A stretch of 64,000 nucleotides of DNA from Xylographa opegraphella. Lineage: Eukaryota. The position numbers and the translations under genes are program-made. Location: positions 1-64,000 of the forward strand of contig JALDZX010000068.1 in assembly GCA_022813865.1 (NCBI GenBank), read 5' to 3'. Under the pieces are notes generated by a model. That model was not told where the DNA came from. It did not search any database and saw nothing but the letters and a program-made list of their open reading frames with translations. Shown here piece by piece: positions 61,949-64,000 of this stretch (its first letter is position 1; each line of letters begins with the position of its first letter).

Positions 61949-64000
61949 ATGTCGTTCCTTGCGCCATTCTCCAGCTACATGAAGCTTGGCCAAGGCTTCA
62001 ACTCCTATACACAAGAAGTATGTATTGAAGATGCGGTTTTAGTGGAGCCAAATCAAGCCATTTCACGTTCATCATCAATTTTTCATCCTCAAGTGCCAGT
62101 GCAACCACTCCATGTCTGCTCAGAAGCCGCTGCTCCCTCCTCTGTCCCCGAGAAAGCGGCACCTCCAGGCAAGAATCTTAGCCAGATTGTAACCTACTCC
62201 TCCCGCTCGGTTTCTAACATGGCAGATATCATCGACGCCCTGAATCTATCAGCTTCAGCCAGCATCAAGTATGGTACGGTCAAAGGCTCTGGGAGCGCTT
62301 CCTTCGTGAACGAGAATAAAGTTAGCCAGTCGGACGTCAGCTATATCATTACCGTGAAGGTTACCAACGAGACGAGTACAATTGCGGATCATATGGTTTT
62401 CAATCCTCTGGAAAATATGGACCCAAGACACTTTACTGATTTCTTTGGAGACTGTTTCATTAGTGGGTTCTTGGAGGGTGGAGAATTCAGTGCCATTATC
62501 TCCATCAAAGTCAATGATAAGAGTAAGATAAGAGAGGTGAAGGCAGCTGCGGAGGTCGATTTGGCAATAGCAGGTAATATTGATGGGTGAGGAAGTTAGT
62601 ATTCTGTATTGACGGTAGCAGCTGCTCCAGGGTTGACAGCAGGGGCATCAAGCAGCGTCGACAAGAAAAAGACGAGTGTTTGGAATGACACCGAGACAAC
62701 GATATCGGTAAATTGGAGTGGTGGCGGGGAGATCAAGGTCAGCCCAAGACAAGCATCAGCTCAATCTAGTACCAATGATACCCAACACAGGACCCAGCCA
62801 CAAAATGGGACCTTGCCACCGTTGTCGACGTCGCCAGCCGCTTTCCCCACCTAGTAGAGACATCCGCCCAGCGCACTTCTGCCATCCTCACAAAGTACAG
62901 CAGCCTTCGTTCCTTTGTCAGCGCCAACGCCACGCTCATTGCCAAGAACGGTCCGACGGGCGGCTACAGCATCAAGAACTACGAGCTCTGCCAGCTGTAC
63001 ACCATGGATCTCTTCTCGGCATACATGGCTTACAAGTCGATCTGGACGCAGCTCTCGGATATGATGAAGCACACCCACCGCTTCCAGGAGCGCGAGAAGA
63101 GCAAGGATGTACCGGACCCCATTGCCTTGACAGCCGAGAGCCTGAACGAAGCGCGTCTCTTCGCTCGGAAAGAAATGACGCTGATTGCCGACGAGAACGC
63201 GCGGCTGATCCGCGAACCAGAACTGTCAGATGTGGATGACAATGGCGAGCAGAGGCCGCTACCGTATACTTACCCCGGGAAACTGGCCATCCGGCTGCCC
63301 GTAGGTCTCCCCCATCCCATAAGCAAAACTCCCCACACGACCATCACTAAGACCGCGCAGACGAAGATCCCCCACTCCGCCCCCTCAGACCCAAGCACAT
63401 CCTCCCGCAACTCCCACAAACCCACCAAGGAAGAAACCGCCGCCATCAGCGCCTTCGCCGCGCGCGACGACCTGTATTTCAGCCCCCTCTGCGGCGACGC
63501 GCCCTCTCTCACGCACGCGCTCCTCGACCGCGGCAAGCACAAGGCCTTCTGCACCCTCGAGCCGAGCCTCTCCGCCCTGACCAAAGTCCGCTTCCACGCC
63601 CACGAGCACCACTACGGCGACCTGTTCGGCGACTGCCGGCGGCACTCCAAGTCCTCGCAAGGCTGCCTCGCGGCCATCGCCTTCAGCACGCGCGCCAACG
63701 CCACCGCGCGCCCGCTCGAGGACGGCACGCACCACCGCGTCGGCCACCCGAACGGTAACCTGACCTACTGGTCACGGCTGGCGGATCTGGGCTTCGCGAA
63801 GGTGGCGAAGGTGCTCGTCGAGTATGTCCCCGGGAGCGGGCGCGTGGCGGGCCTGGTGTTGAGAGATGCGGGTGGGAATGAGATCACGAGCTGGAGGCAG
63901 TATGGTCAGGCGAAGGTGGAGAGGCCGAAGGGGGTTAGGGTCGAGGTGCAGAGCCCGCCGGATGGGAAGGCCGGGTGGCTGCTGGTAGGGTTTTGGGGGA
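61949..64000 (+). CDS. MACPF/CDC-like protein with possible C-terminal lectin-like domain; truncated by window end
   Basis: MKLGQGFNSYTQEVC...LNLSASASIKYG...FGDCFISGFLEGGEF; introns near 62574-62637, 62737-62790 and 63301-63360; frame open to 64000. Confidence 0.7.

Overview
Eukaryotic DNA from a filamentous ascomycete (Pezizomycotina). It has short GT-AG introns with CTRAC branch sites, an intron-containing tRNA and typical fungal gene families. The supplied ORF track uses TTG/GTG starts and ignores introns, so gene models were rebuilt by hand. Bases 1-7.5 kb are an accessory or decaying island beside tRNA-Leu(AAG): AT-rich patches, an intact intronless PD-(D/E)xK nuclease-like ORF and a divergent F-box pseudogene with two in-frame TGA stops. 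The rest is gene-dense: Mug190-like SMP/C2 protein, DPH4, S53 sedolisin, MFS permease, an F-box gene preceded by tandemly duplicated exon-intron units, CCP1, GPI cell-wall protein, arylsulfatase, a frameshifted amidase, BRCT protein, HYPK-like protein and class II DAHP synthase. The best candidate systems are (1) a four-gene catabolic-looking cluster at 42.6-50.6 kb (family III CoA-transferase, stand-alone YWTD beta-propeller, 3-hydroxyacyl-CoA/carnitine-type dehydrogenase, presequence-less NDH-2) and (2) a MACPF/CDC-like pore-forming candidate running off the right end. All family calls come from motif recognition; no searches were run.
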